Positions 32,858 through 44,084 of a stretch of DNA of 62,433 nucleotides are shown here, in pieces. The stretch covers positions 1 through 62,433 of the forward strand of contig RFQL01000001.1 in NCBI GenBank assembly GCA_009924985.1, given 5' to 3'. The notes beneath the pieces are model-generated. The model did no database searches and was not told the origin of the DNA. It was given only the letters and a program-made list of their open reading frames with translations. Made by a program: the position numbers and the translations under genes. Every line of letters begins with the position of its first letter. The first letter of the stretch is position 1. This DNA is from Burkholderiaceae bacterium (GTDB taxonomy: Bacteria; Pseudomonadota; Gammaproteobacteria; Burkholderiales; Burkholderiaceae).

Positions 32858-33811
32858 ATGACCTCTGACGCGCTTACTATTTTTACTGGCAATGCCAATC
32901 CCGCCCTTGCCGAGGCCGTAGCTAAACAAATGAAATTGCAGCTTGGGAAAGCCTTTGTGGGGCGTTTTTCAGATGGTGAGATTCAAGTTGAAATTCAAGA
33001 AAACGTGCGGGGTAAAAACGTTGTGGTGATTCAATCCACTTGCGTGCCTACGAATGACAATCTGATGGAGCTGATGATCATGATTGATGCCCTAAAACGG
33101 GCTTCAGCAAACCGTATAACTGCCGTTATCCCCTATTTTGGCTATGCCCGGCAAGATCGTCGCCCACGCTCTGCACGCGTTGCCATATCAGCCCGTATTG
33201 TGGCTAATATGCTCCAATCGGTTGCCGGTGTTGAAAGGGTCCTAACGATGGATCTTCATGCCGATCAAATTCAAGGGTTTTTTGACATTCCCGTTGACAA
33301 TATTTACGCCTCGCCAGTGCTCCTAGGAGATCTCCGAGCCAAGAATCAGGCTGATTTAACCGTTGTATCGCCCGATATTGGCGGGGTTGTACGAGCCCGA
33401 GCCTTTGCCAAGCAATTAAGTTGTGATTTGGCGATTATTGATAAGCGGCGCCCAAAACCTAATGTCTCTGAGGTCATGCACCTCATCGGGGAGGTTGAAA
33501 ACCGTCACTGCGTCATCATGGATGACATTATTGATACTGGAGGCACGCTCTGTAAAGCGGCTGAGGTTCTAAAAGAGCGGGGTGCTAAAAGCGTAACCGC
33601 CTACTGTACCCATCCCGTCTTATCAGGGGGTGCTGCCAACAGAATAGAGAATTCTCAGATTGATGAGTTAGTGGTTACTGACACCATTCCGCTCGATTCA
33701 GATACATTGAATGTGCGTAAAATCAGGCAGTTAAGCATTGCCCCGCTGCTAGCAGAAACGATCTCCCGTATCACTAAGGGTGACTCTGTTTTGTCCCTTT
33801 TTGCTGATTAA
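32858..33811 (+). CDS. prs: Ribose-phosphate pyrophosphokinase
   Basis: [28 protein letters not shown] and DDIIDTGGT motifs. Confidence 0.98.
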   Translation: MTSDALTIFTGNANPALAEAVAKQMKLQLGKAFVGRFSDGEIQVEIQENVRGKNVVVIQSTCVPTNDNLMELMIMIDALKRASANRITAVIPYFGYARQDRRPRSARVAISARIVANMLQSVAGVERVLTMDLHADQIQGFFDIPVDNIYASPVLLGDLRAKNQADLTVVSPDIGGVVRARAFAKQLSCDLAIIDKRRPKPNVSEVMHLIGEVENRHCVIMDDIIDTGGTLCKAAEVLKERGAKSVTAYCTHPVLSGGAANRIENSQIDELVVTDTIPLDSDTLNVRKIRQLSIAPLLAETISRITKGDSVLSLFAD

Positions 33812-33858
33812 AGCACCCTCATTTGACCCCTTTGCGCGGTTTTATACCCCTTTCGGGC

Positions 33859-33895
33859 TATAATTTGAGGCTTTCCGTTTGGTCGCGAACGGAAA
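33859..33895 (+). promoter_or_regulatory. rplY promoter -10 box and 5'-UTR hairpin (candidate L25 autoregulatory leader)
   Basis: TATAAT at 33859-33864, followed by stem TTTCCGTT/AACGGAAA with loop TGGTCGCG, upstream of the AGGAG Shine-Dalgarno. Confidence 0.6.
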
Positions 33896-33916
33896 TTAAC
33901 CTTCTTAGGAGTCATC

Positions 33917-34585
33917 ATGAAAGTAGTTGCATTTGAAAGAAGCGTACAGGGCACTGGTGCGAGCCGCCGCCTGCGCAATTCTGGGAAAACCCCCGGAATT
34001 ATCTATGGCGGAAAGCAAGAATCTCCCTGCGCAATCGAGTTGGACCACAACGCCCTATTTCACGCTTTGCGGAAAGAGGCCTTCCATTCCTCCATTTTAG
34101 ACATCGAACTCAACGGTAAGGCACAAAAAGCCTTACTGCGTGACTACCAGATGCACCCATTCAAACCTCTCGTATTACACGTCGATTTCCAACGTGTTTC
34201 GGCGACAGAAAAAATTCACATGCGCGTTCCATTGCACTTTAAAGGCGCCGAAGAATCTGAAGCCGTTAAGTTTGGAGGTGCTGTGGTTAGCCATATTGCC
34301 AACGAATTGGAAATTACCTGCTTACCAGCGGATCTTCCTGAATTCTTAGAAGTTGATTTAAGCAAGATTGCGGTTGGTCAATCTATCCATGCAAAAGAGG
34401 TTTCATTGCCAAAAGGCGTTGCCCTGGTGTTACATGTTGAACAAGAAAATCCTGTTATTGCCAACGCCCGCATTCCAACCGTTAAGGCTGAGCCAGAGCC
34501 AAGCGCAGCACCTACAGCACCTGTGGCTGATGCCGCCGCTTCTGCTGGAGATAAGGATGCAAAAGATAAAGAAGCAAAGAGTTAA
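33917..34585 (+). CDS. rplY: 50S ribosomal protein bL25 (long CTC-type)
   Basis: [30 protein letters not shown] and [13 protein letters not shown] motifs. Confidence 0.97.
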   Translation: MKVVAFERSVQGTGASRRLRNSGKTPGIIYGGKQESPCAIELDHNALFHALRKEAFHSSILDIELNGKAQKALLRDYQMHPFKPLVLHVDFQRVSATEKIHMRVPLHFKGAEESEAVKFGGAVVSHIANELEITCLPADLPEFLEVDLSKIAVGQSIHAKEVSLPKGVALVLHVEQENPVIANARIPTVKAEPEPSAAPTAPVADAAASAGDKDAKDKEAKS

Positions 34586-34606
34586 TCTCTCTTATTCTGA
34601 TGTCTT

Positions 34607-34634
34607 AAAGAGCCCGCCTTGTGCGGGTTTTTTT
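34607..34634 (+). terminator. Rho-independent terminator after rplY
   Basis: GC stem GCCCGC-CTTGT-GCGGGT running into a T tract. Confidence 0.8.
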
Positions 34635-34696
34635 ATCGATTAATCCGACTCGTTTATAGTTTGAGGATTGCTACAAATATTGATGTGTATTCTCAT

Positions 34697-35287
34697 ATGA
34701 TTCGCTTAATCGTTGGTCTTGGTAACCCTGGTGCGAAGCACGAATCGGATCGTCACAATGCCGGATTTTGGTTTATTGACCGCTTAGCGAGCCAGTACAA
34801 ACAATTTCTCCAGCCTGAAAAACGCTTTCTTGGAAAAGTAGCAAAGATACGGATGGAAGATCAAGATATCTACTTATTAACGCCCGATACTTATATGAAT
34901 TTAAGCGGCGAGTCTGTAGGGTCTCTATGTCGTTTTCATAAAATTCCTCCTGGGGAGGTCTTGGTCGTTCACGATGAGCTTGATCTAAAACCAGGCTCTG
35001 TCCGCCTCAAACAAGGTGGTGGCAATGGCGGTCATAATGGGCTTAAAGATATACAGGCCCATCTATCAAGTTCGCAATTTTGGCGTTTACGCTTCGGGAT
35101 TGGTCATCCGCGAGACCTTCCAGGTGATCACTCAAAAATAGATGTGGCTGACTTTGTATTAATGAGACCCAAGAGCGCGGAGCAAAGCAAAATTGATCAA
35201 GCGATCGATAAAGCCTTAAAGACACTACCTGTATTCATAAGGGGTGACATTCAACATGCAATGCAAGTGATTCATGGTCCTGAATAA
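34697..35287 (+). CDS. pth: Peptidyl-tRNA hydrolase
   Basis: LIVGLGNPG, RHNAGF, TYMNLSG, VVHDELDL and GGHNGLKDI motifs; ATG 34697. Confidence 0.97.
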   Translation: MIRLIVGLGNPGAKHESDRHNAGFWFIDRLASQYKQFLQPEKRFLGKVAKIRMEDQDIYLLTPDTYMNLSGESVGSLCRFHKIPPGEVLVVHDELDLKPGSVRLKQGGGNGGHNGLKDIQAHLSSSQFWRLRFGIGHPRDLPGDHSKIDVADFVLMRPKSAEQSKIDQAIDKALKTLPVFIRGDIQHAMQVIHGPE

Positions 35288-35563
<276 letters not shown>

Positions 35564-35589
35564 TTAATTTCGAATAAAACTAGTATGAC

Positions 35590-36090
<501 letters not shown>

Positions 36091-36118
36091 CTAAAGAATC
36101 AGAATCATAAACAGGAGT

Positions 36119-36712
36119 TTAGCCCGAAGTGTGTCTAAATAAGGCTGCTTTTGTTTGAGCTGTCTGCATTTGCCTTGAACAGGTCCAATTTGGCATTAAC
36201 AACTCTAATTCGGAAAAATCTTGCGTAATTGGACATTCTATATATATCCCACCCCCAAACTGATCATCGCAAACGCGGACTGCATCTTGGGCTGCCCTTT
36301 TTAGCAGTTCAGGCTGCCCAAAAGGCGGATCTACGAAGATCAGATGGAAAGAGGCAGCCTGTGCCTGACTCATATAAACAATCCCATCACTCTGAATAAT
36401 CTGTACGATACCCACGCAGGGGAATGATGACAAACCTTGATATTGCGACTGTAACTGAGCAGCAATCTTTTTATCTTTTTCCAGCAAAACGACTTCTTTA
36501 GCACCACGTGACGCTGCCTCAAATCCCAAGGATCCTGACCCGGCGAATACATCAAGGACTTTTAGGCCTCTTAGATCTTGACCTAGCCAATTAAAAAGGG
36601 TTTCGCGAACGCGATCTGAACTCGGACGAAGACCTTCGTGAGATAAAACAGAAATTTGTCGACTTCGCCAGACTCCACCAATAATACGAACACGATTGGC
36701 CTGAGCCGACAA
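36119..36712 (-). CDS. rsmD: 16S rRNA m2G966 methyltransferase
   Basis: VRIIGG, LRPSSDRVRETLFNWL, DVFAGSGSLGFEAASRGA and DPPF motifs. Confidence 0.95.
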   Translation of the reverse strand: MSAQANRVRIIGGVWRSRQISVLSHEGLRPSSDRVRETLFNWLGQDLRGLKVLDVFAGSGSLGFEAASRGAKEVVLLEKDKKIAAQLQSQYQGLSSFPCVGIVQIIQSDGIVYMSQAQAASFHLIFVDPPFGQPELLKRAAQDAVRVCDDQFGGGIYIECPITQDFSELELLMPNWTCSRQMQTAQTKAALFRHTSG

Positions 36713-38065
36713 TTATTGCGCTCCGCCAACCAAAATACTAATCATGCGCCCCATCTCTAGGTGGCGCTGAAATGCAGCACGAATATCTTCTTTTTTCACT
36801 GCAGCTACTTGCTGAGTCCAAACATCGAGAGTATTTAAGGGTAATTGATTCCAAGTAATAGCCGATAGGTTATCCAATAACTTACGATTACTATCCAATC
36901 GAAGTGGAAAGCCATTCACCAAATTTGCTTTGGCTGCTATCAATTCTGAATCACTAGGCCCCTCTTTAATAAAGCGCGCAATGGTTTCTTGTAACACGAC
37001 TAAAGCCTGGTTAGCTTGATCATTACGCGTCTGCAAACCTGCCTCAAAACTTCCAGTATCGCGACCAGGTTGAAAGTAACTAAAGACACTGTAGGCATAA
37101 CCTCGTTTATCGCGCACCTCACCAACCAATCTTGAAAAAAAACCTCCGCCACCTAATATGTAATTACCCACTAATAATGGGAAATAGTCAGGGCTGCTTC
37201 GCGCTATAGCAGTCATACCTAATGCAATATGAGTTTGCTGTGTCTGAAACGGGATTCGAATCAAACGATCGGTTTCGGGCAGAATCGGTGAACGTACAAA
37301 GGGTGGCAAAGTTGGAATCACTGGTCCCTGCTTTGGTAATTGGGTCAATAATTTTTCCGCAATTTGTTTTGCCATTTTTACATCTAGGTCCCCTACTATA
37401 TTAATAATGAGACGATCCTGACGATAAAAATCACGATGAAATCTTTTTAGATCATCTGCACTAATCGACGTAATAGATTGCAGGCTCGGCGACTCTGCGA
37501 GTGGGTAGTTTCTGAACAGCTCCTTACGAAAGCGTTTTTGTAAAACTACCTCTGGCTTAGTATCTCCCTCTGTGATCGCTGAGGAAATCCGTTGTTTCTC
37601 ACGTGCAATAATCTGTGAATCAAAAACTGGACTAGTGATGGTGGCACTTAATAAATCAAGAACCGAATTTAATATATCAGGCTTACTCAGCGACCTAGCG
37701 CGTACGATGGTACGTTCACCACTTGCGGACGCGCTAATACTTGCCCCCAAATCAGCAATTACATCAGCTTGCTGGGCTTCATTGAGGATCCCCCCCTGCC
37801 ATTGAATCCCTCGGGTTAATAAAGCGGCTGTCAAACCGGCTAGACCGCTTTTTTCTTTGGGGTCGTAACGACTACCAGCATCAATACTAATTTCAATATC
37901 AATCATTGGAATAGTAGTAGCCTGCACTAAATAGGCTTTACTGCCGTTACTTAATGCAATCTCTTGTATCGGTAATACGGCATATGCCTTACCTAATAAA
38001 CCAGAAATGAATAGAATAAAAATAGGTAAACAAAATTTAATGCCACTCTGAACAATTTTGATCAT
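36713..38065 (-). CDS. M16 family peptidase, non-catalytic subunit
   Basis: Signal peptide, AGSRYD, no HxxEH motif, glycine-rich ILGGGGFFSRL..EVRDKRG. Confidence 0.88.
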   Translation of the reverse strand: MIKIVQSGIKFCLPIFILFISGLLGKAYAVLPIQEIALSNGSKAYLVQATTIPMIDIEISIDAGSRYDPKEKSGLAGLTAALLTRGIQWQGGILNEAQQADVIADLGASISASASGERTIVRARSLSKPDILNSVLDLLSATITSPVFDSQIIAREKQRISSAITEGDTKPEVVLQKRFRKELFRNYPLAESPSLQSITSISADDLKRFHRDFYRQDRLIINIVGDLDVKMAKQIAEKLLTQLPKQGPVIPTLPPFVRSPILPETDRLIRIPFQTQQTHIALGMTAIARSSPDYFPLLVGNYILGGGGFFSRLVGEVRDKRGYAYSVFSYFQPGRDTGSFEAGLQTRNDQANQALVVLQETIARFIKEGPSDSELIAAKANLVNGFPLRLDSNRKLLDNLSAITWNQLPLNTLDVWTQQVAAVKKEDIRAAFQRHLEMGRMISILVGGAQ

Positions 38066-38071
38066 ATTGAG

Positions 38072-39502
38072 TTAATGCCTCAAACTGTTTGGAAAAGGAA
38101 GGGGGGGCTTTGGATTGGCTATTACTGTTCGAGCTTGTGGATCTAAAGTTACAACTGTTAAGGTATCCGCAATAAAATACTGTTTAGCAACTGCTTTAAC
38201 TTGCTCCGACTGAATTTGCTGAATACGCTCAATGATTTGATCCAAATTCTTCCACGAGACATGAGCAATTTCAGCGCTTCCAATTTCCATTGCTTGAGCA
38301 AAAATAGAATCACGTTTATAAATTTGAGAAGCCAAAAGTTGCGTTTTAATCCGTTTTAATTCAGCCTCAGTAATCCCATTCACAGCTATCTCTTGAATGG
38401 TTTGCCAGATGCCTTTTTCTAGATCAGAAACTGATTGGCCTTTAGCGGTGGTTGCACCAATCGCAAAAAGCTCAGGTCCACGACTAATTGGATCGTAGCT
38501 AGCACTTGCATTATTTGCTAGTCGTTTGTTACGTACTAGCTCCCGATTTAAGCGGGAGTTATCGTGCCCACTTAGGGCCGCAGACAAGACTGCAAGCGCA
38601 TAAGGGTCGGTTTCATCCATTTTCTTAGGATCTAGCTTTGGTACTTTCCATGCCATCATGATTTGTGGACTATCGGCCGGAGCTTTCAAGTTGGCACGCT
38701 TCACTCCCTTTTGCTCTGGCTCAATTTGTGGTTTTCGCTCTGGTAACTTTTTTGCAGCAATTGGGCCATAGTATTTTTCAACTAGGGCCTTTATCTCAAG
38801 TGGCTTCACATCCCCAACAACTACAACAATTGCATTATTAGGGGCATACCAATCGAGATACCACTGCCTTGCATCATTGGGTTTCATATTTTGTAAATCA
38901 TTCATCCACCCAATAATGGGGTGACGATAGGAAGAACTTGTGAAGGCAGTTGCCATCATCAGCTCTCGCAGCAAACTATTTGGGTTATCGTCAGTCCGTA
39001 GTCGTCTTTCTTCCATCACGACCTGGATTTCTTTAAGGAACTCATCATCAGAAAACTGTAAGTTAGCCATGCGATCGGCTTCAAGGCGCATAACATCGGC
39101 AAGTTTTGATTTTTCAATCTGCTGAAAATAACCAGTGAAATCTTTCGCAGTAAATGCATTCTCTCGCCCACCGACCGCTGCGACCATTCTGGAAAAATCT
39201 CCTGACTTGACCTTTTTTGTTCCCTTAAACATCATGTGCTCTAGCACATGAGCAACCCCGGTCTTGCCATTTACCTCATCCATCGATCCGGCGCGATACC
39301 AAACCATATGAGCCACTGTTGGTGCCCGATGATCCTCTTTCACAATTAAGCGTAGTCCGTTTTTAAATTGATACTCATGCGTATCTATTTTGTTTCCCCA
39401 CGCCTTCAGTGGTAGGCATGCGCTGATACCTATGCTCAACAGAATGAGTATTTTCTTGGCAATATTACAAATATGCTTAGGGGTGTTAAGAGTGACTATC
39501 AT
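38072..39502 (-). CDS. M16 family zinc peptidase, catalytic subunit
   Basis: GVAHVLEHMMFKG (HxxEH), NAFT and VMEERR motifs; exact start uncertain. Confidence 0.9.
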   Translation of the reverse strand: MIVTLNTPKHICNIAKKILILLSIGISACLPLKAWGNKIDTHEYQFKNGLRLIVKEDHRAPTVAHMVWYRAGSMDEVNGKTGVAHVLEHMMFKGTKKVKSGDFSRMVAAVGGRENAFTAKDFTGYFQQIEKSKLADVMRLEADRMANLQFSDDEFLKEIQVVMEERRLRTDDNPNSLLRELMMATAFTSSSYRHPIIGWMNDLQNMKPNDARQWYLDWYAPNNAIVVVVGDVKPLEIKALVEKYYGPIAAKKLPERKPQIEPEQKGVKRANLKAPADSPQIMMAWKVPKLDPKKMDETDPYALAVLSAALSGHDNSRLNRELVRNKRLANNASASYDPISRGPELFAIGATTAKGQSVSDLEKGIWQTIQEIAVNGITEAELKRIKTQLLASQIYKRDSIFAQAMEIGSAEIAHVSWKNLDQIIERIQQIQSEQVKAVAKQYFIADTLTVVTLDPQARTVIANPKPPLPFPNSLRH

Positions 39503-39559
39503 CTCATTATTGACATGGTCTTGGACTTGTTAAGATCTACTTTAAGGATTGTATCGATA

Positions 39560-40471
39560 ATGTTTGGTTTACGTAAAACACTTGGCGCCTTATTTGGTCT
39601 TCATCAAATTGATGAGGCCTGGTTTGGTCACCTCGAAGAAACCCTATTAAAAGCTGATGTTGGAATTGCAACCACTGATGCACTCATTTCCAGTCTTCGT
39701 AAAACAGCTAAAACACAATCTATCAGCAATGCTGAGCAGTTAAAAGGTGTCTTGGTTCAAGAAATTACGCATCTTTTAAGCCCTCTTGAAAGTCCTCAAA
39801 ATCCACTTTTAACTCCCCAATCTGGTCACAAACCCGAAATCTGGTTAATCGTCGGGGTTAATGGGGCAGGTAAAACGACCTCTATTGGTAAACTTTGTCA
39901 CCATTTTCATGCCCAAGGTAAATCTGTTTTATTGGCTGCAGGAGACACCTTCAGAGCAGCGGCGCGCAATCAACTTAAAGAATGGGGTGAGCGCAACCAA
40001 GTTCAAGTCTTAAGCCAAGAAAGTGGTGATGCAGCAGCAGTTGCGCACGATGCAATACATGCTGCAATTTCTCGCAAAGTCGATGTTCTATTTATTGATA
40101 CTGCTGGGCGCTTAGCCACCCAAGGCAATTTGATGGCGGAGCTTAAAAAAGTAAAGCGTGTGATCTCCAAGGTAATCCCCGATGCCCCTCATCAGATTAT
40201 TCTCGTTTTAGATGGTAATACTGGCCAGAATGGTATTGCCCAAGTTCTAGCATTTAGGTCTGCTATTGGTCTTCAGGGGATTATTATTACTAAATTAGAT
40301 GGCACTGCCAAAGGTGGTGTCATTTGCGCGCTAAGTAAAGCTCTGGAGGCTCCAATGGAATCTGAGCCTATTGGTTCGAAAATCTTTGTTTATGCCCTAG
40401 GTAAAGGGGAAGGTATCGAAGATCTTGAGCTATTTAAAGCCGATGCATATGCCAAAGAGCTTATAGAATAG
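39560..40471 (+). CDS. ftsY: SRP receptor FtsY (NG domain only)
   Basis: GVNGAGKTT, AAGDTFRAAA, DTAGR and TKLDGTAKGG motifs; ATG 39560 preferred. Confidence 0.95.
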   Translation: MFGLRKTLGALFGLHQIDEAWFGHLEETLLKADVGIATTDALISSLRKTAKTQSISNAEQLKGVLVQEITHLLSPLESPQNPLLTPQSGHKPEIWLIVGVNGAGKTTSIGKLCHHFHAQGKSVLLAAGDTFRAAARNQLKEWGERNQVQVLSQESGDAAAVAHDAIHAAISRKVDVLFIDTAGRLATQGNLMAELKKVKRVISKVIPDAPHQIILVLDGNTGQNGIAQVLAFRSAIGLQGIIITKLDGTAKGGVICALSKALEAPMESEPIGSKIFVYALGKGEGIEDLELFKADAYAKELIE

Positions 40472-40507
40472 CTATATTAATCAATGAGTTATAGATTCAT
40501 TAAGCGC

Positions 40508-40537
40508 TTAGCACTCTCATCATAAGAGTGCTAGAAT
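40508..40537 (+). promoter_or_regulatory. CIRCE element (HrcA operator) overlapping the rpoH -10 box
   Basis: TTAGCACTC-tcatcataa-GAGTGCTAG versus consensus TTAGCACTC-N9-GAGTGCTAA (one mismatch); TAGAAT at 40532-40537. Confidence 0.9.
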
Positions 40538-40570
40538 TATGCTGTTGCAATCAATTTAATTCTTAAATCG

Positions 40571-41494
40571 ATGACTTTGAATACGCCCTTAAAACTTACT
40601 AGCCAGAACGCTTCGGCAGGTCTTACTGTAGCTATGCCTTTACCTGCACTGGGTGTTGGCACTATTGATGCCTACTTAGCGCATATTAACCGCCTACCAA
40701 TGCTTAGTGCTGCCCAAGAATTTACACTGGCGCAGGAGTATCGACGTACTGAAAATCTAGATTCGGCCCGCCAACTTGTCCTCTCTCATTTACGACTTGT
40801 AGCCTCCATTGCGCGTCAATACCTTGGCTACGGAATTCCTCATGCTGACCTCATTCAAGAGGGTAATATTGGTTTAATGAAAGCCGTTAAGCGTTATGAT
40901 CCAAATCAAGGTGTCCGCTTAGTGTCTTATGCGATTCATTGGATCAAAGCAGAGATTCATGAATACATCCTAAAAAACTGGCGCTTAGTGAAGGTTGCCA
41001 CCACAAAAGCACAACGCAAACTCTTCTTTAATCTCAGAAGTAATAAGCTTTCTGCAAATGCCCTTACGGATGAAGAAATTGAGTCCCTTGCCAAGGCACT
41101 TGATGTTCGCGGTGCTGATGTCAAAGAAATGGAAATACGACTTGCCGGTGGCGATGTTTCTATTGATGGCGACGACCGAGATGATGACCAATTTGCACCA
41201 ATTCACTGGCTTTCTGATGAACGCCATGAGCCTAGCGCTCAACTAGTGCAAAACGATCAATTTGCTTTACAAGGGCCTAAGCTATTGCAAGCCCTAAATA
41301 CCTTAGATAAACGCAGTCGAGAGATTGTGCAATCGCGTTGGCTGAATATGGATGCAGATGGTCATGGTTGCAAAACATTGCAGGATCTTGCACAAGAATA
41401 TGGCATCTCTGCTGAACGTGTTCGTCAAATTGAAGTAGCCGCATTTAAAAAATTACGGCTAGTACTTAAAGACGAAGAGTCTTTATTACACTAA
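40571..41494 (+). CDS. rpoH: RNA polymerase sigma-32
   Basis: DLIQEGNIGLMKAVKR, RpoH box QRKLFFNLRS and region 4 ISAERVRQIE. Confidence 0.97.
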   Translation: MTLNTPLKLTSQNASAGLTVAMPLPALGVGTIDAYLAHINRLPMLSAAQEFTLAQEYRRTENLDSARQLVLSHLRLVASIARQYLGYGIPHADLIQEGNIGLMKAVKRYDPNQGVRLVSYAIHWIKAEIHEYILKNWRLVKVATTKAQRKLFFNLRSNKLSANALTDEEIESLAKALDVRGADVKEMEIRLAGGDVSIDGDDRDDDQFAPIHWLSDERHEPSAQLVQNDQFALQGPKLLQALNTLDKRSREIVQSRWLNMDADGHGCKTLQDLAQEYGISAERVRQIEVAAFKKLRLVLKDEESLLH

Positions 41495-42067
41495 TTACTT
41501 GAGAAGTATTTTCAAGTCATGGGCAATAGGTTCTGCGCCTTGCCCATGTTTAATATAAAGTCGCAGGTTGCCAGCAGGATCAAATACATAACTTCCTGCA
41601 GTATGGTCAATCGTGTAATTTTTTGGATTACTACCAGGTACTTTGCTGTAATAGGCCTTAAAGTCTTTTGTAACCTTTACCAAGTTAGCCTCATCCGCAG
41701 GGCGCAAACCCAAAAAACGGGGGTCAAATGCAGGCGGATACTGTGCCATTAACTCAGCAGTATCTCGTTCTGGATCGACTGTAATAAAAATAACTTGTAC
41801 GCGGTCGGCTAATGGTCCCAAATCCTTCATAACTCCCTGCATCTCAATTAAGGTTGAAGGACAGACATCAGGGCAGTGCGTATATCCAAAGAATAAAACA
41901 ACGGCTTTGCCCTTATAGTCATTCAGTGTTTTTTCTTTACCTTGAGGATCTAACAATATGAAATTATTACCAAATGATTTACTGCCAGTAATGTCCACAT
42001 TTTTAAAAGTGGGTTGTGAGCAAGCCCCCAATAAGGTCAGCATTGCCAATATGAAGAATTTTTTCAT
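41495..42067 (-). CDS. SCO1/SenC copper chaperone lipoprotein
   Basis: Lipobox LGAC, FGYTHCPDVCP (CxxxC), VDPERD and DHTAG motifs. Confidence 0.93.
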   Translation of the reverse strand: MKKFFILAMLTLLGACSQPTFKNVDITGSKSFGNNFILLDPQGKEKTLNDYKGKAVVLFFGYTHCPDVCPSTLIEMQGVMKDLGPLADRVQVIFITVDPERDTAELMAQYPPAFDPRFLGLRPADEANLVKVTKDFKAYYSKVPGSNPKNYTIDHTAGSYVFDPAGNLRLYIKHGQGAEPIAHDLKILLK

Positions 42068-42072
42068 AATGG

Positions 42073-42960
42073 TTAGAGGTAGTGGTCAACCAAGATTGCA
42101 GCGAACAAGAGCGCTAAATAGCTAATGGAGTACTTAAATGTCTTGCGCGCTAGCTGATCACTGTAGCTTCTATAAAGACAAATTGCATAGTACACAAAAA
42201 TACTACTCAAGACAATTGCCGATACCAGATAAAAAATACCGCTCATACCATAGATATACGGGAGGATAGAGGCGGCTAACAAAATTAAGGTGTAAAGCAA
42301 AATATTTAATAGCGTAAATTTCTCGCCGTGTGTTACTGGTAACATTGGTAGCCCTGCTTGTACATAATCCTCGCGGCGATATAAAGCTAGTGCCCAAAAA
42401 TGCGGCGGGGTCCACACAAAAATAATCAGAACCAGTAACCAAGCTTCTGCGGAAAGCTGATTGGTCACAGCAACCCAGCCCAAGGCAGGGGGCATCGCTC
42501 CTGATAAGCCTCCGATCACAATGTTTTGTGGGGTTGCGGGCTTTAAAAGCCAGGTATAAATGACGGCGTAACCTACGAACGTAGCAAAGGTAAGCCACAT
42601 AGTTAGAGGATTGGTATACAACCACAAAGTTGCCATACCAGCAGCACCCAGCACGCAAGAAAAAATAATGATTTGAATGGGCGTAATTTCTCCAGTTGCA
42701 GAAGGCCGCCACGCCGTGCGTCGCATTTTGGCATCGACAGCTTGCTCAATTAGGCAATTCACAGCAAATGCGGCACCTGCCAATAACCAGATACCAATAG
42801 AGCCGCCAATAAGAATGGGCCATGGCACCATCCCTGGGGTTGCCAAAAACATGCCGATAATTGCACAAAAGACGGCTAGTTGTGTAACGCGCGGCTTTGT
42901 AAGCACCCAATATTGACGCCAACGTGGCATCGGCGGACGTTCAAACGACGAAGTACTCAA
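42073..42960 (-). CDS. cyoE: Heme O synthase (protoheme IX farnesyltransferase)
   Basis: [23 protein letters not shown] and WTPPHFWAL motifs. Confidence 0.96.
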   Translation of the reverse strand: MSTSSFERPPMPRWRQYWVLTKPRVTQLAVFCAIIGMFLATPGMVPWPILIGGSIGIWLLAGAAFAVNCLIEQAVDAKMRRTAWRPSATGEITPIQIIIFSCVLGAAGMATLWLYTNPLTMWLTFATFVGYAVIYTWLLKPATPQNIVIGGLSGAMPPALGWVAVTNQLSAEAWLLVLIIFVWTPPHFWALALYRREDYVQAGLPMLPVTHGEKFTLLNILLYTLILLAASILPYIYGMSGIFYLVSAIVLSSIFVYYAICLYRSYSDQLARKTFKYSISYLALLFAAILVDHYL

Positions 42961-44084
42961 GATAGCCTCTGACTCGCAACATCACGACCCGAAAAGAAAG
43001 AACAGTCACTCCATGCACTCAATCGCACTAAACAAAATAGGATGGCCGCAGCTCCACCGGTATGGAGAAGGGCGGCTACTAAAGGCCACTGGAATACAAC
43101 GTTGGAGATACCCGTAATAATTTGCAAGGCAAGCAAAGCAAGAATAGCCTTGCCCCAAATAGAGATACTTGCTTGACTGTGTCGCACCGCTTTGATTGCA
43201 AGCAAGAGCAATATAGTGGATGCAAAAATAGCACCAACACGATGTGTCCAGTGGATAGTTACCAAAGCTGTCATCGGAATCGCTTCACCTGACTTTGCCA
43301 TGCCAAGATCACGCCATAAATAAAATGCATTTTGCCAATCCATGGCGGGATACCATGCGCCCATACAGGTTGGAAAATCAGGGCAAGCCAATACTGCGTA
43401 GTTTGTGCTAACCCACGCCCCCAAAAATATTTGAATAAGTAAAGCAATCGTAGCGAATGCAATCCATGCAATCGGTAATGATTTATCTTGAGCCTTTGAA
43501 GATATTGTTTTGCTATCGTTGCGCTGCGCAAACCATACCATGCTGGAAAATAAAATTAGAGCCAAGATCAAATGCATACTCACAATAATGGGTTGCAACT
43601 TCAAGGTTACCGTCCAAGCGCCAAATACGCCCTGTAAGCACACCAAGCCCAACAGAAATAGACTGCCTTGAATGGCTAATTGACGTTGCGCCCCTATTTG
43701 CTTAAACGCTAAAACCACTTGGATGATGATCAATACGCCTACGCTCATCGCCAAATAACGATGAATCATTTCAACCCATGCTTTAAAAACGGTAACTGGT
43801 CCGGTGGGCATCGCAGCCTCAGCAGCACGAATCTCTTCCATCGCTCTCAATGGGTTTGAGGTGCCATAGCAGCCCGGCCAATCTGGGCATCCCAGGCCCG
43901 AGTCACTCAATCGTGTAAATGCGCCAAATAAAATCAGATCAAAGGTCAAAAAGACAACCGCCCAATTCAGTTTCTGAAAAACATCCATGCCTTTTTTTCG
44001 AAGCAGGTAAAGCAGCGGTAGGCCAGCAAAAATAAATGCAATCCCAGCAAGCTCCAGAATCAATAGAGCCGATTCTGAAATCAT
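42957..44084 (-). CDS. ctaA: Heme A synthase (COX15/CtaA)
   Basis: [36 protein letters not shown] and LHTGG motifs. Confidence 0.93.
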   Translation of the reverse strand: MISESALLILELAGIAFIFAGLPLLYLLRKKGMDVFQKLNWAVVFLTFDLILFGAFTRLSDSGLGCPDWPGCYGTSNPLRAMEEIRAAEAAMPTGPVTVFKAWVEMIHRYLAMSVGVLIIIQVVLAFKQIGAQRQLAIQGSLFLLGLVCLQGVFGAWTVTLKLQPIIVSMHLILALILFSSMVWFAQRNDSKTISSKAQDKSLPIAWIAFATIALLIQIFLGAWVSTNYAVLACPDFPTCMGAWYPAMDWQNAFYLWRDLGMAKSGEAIPMTALVTIHWTHRVGAIFASTILLLLAIKAVRHSQASISIWGKAILALLALQIITGISNVVFQWPLVAALLHTGGAAAILFCLVRLSAWSDCSFFSGRDVASQRLS

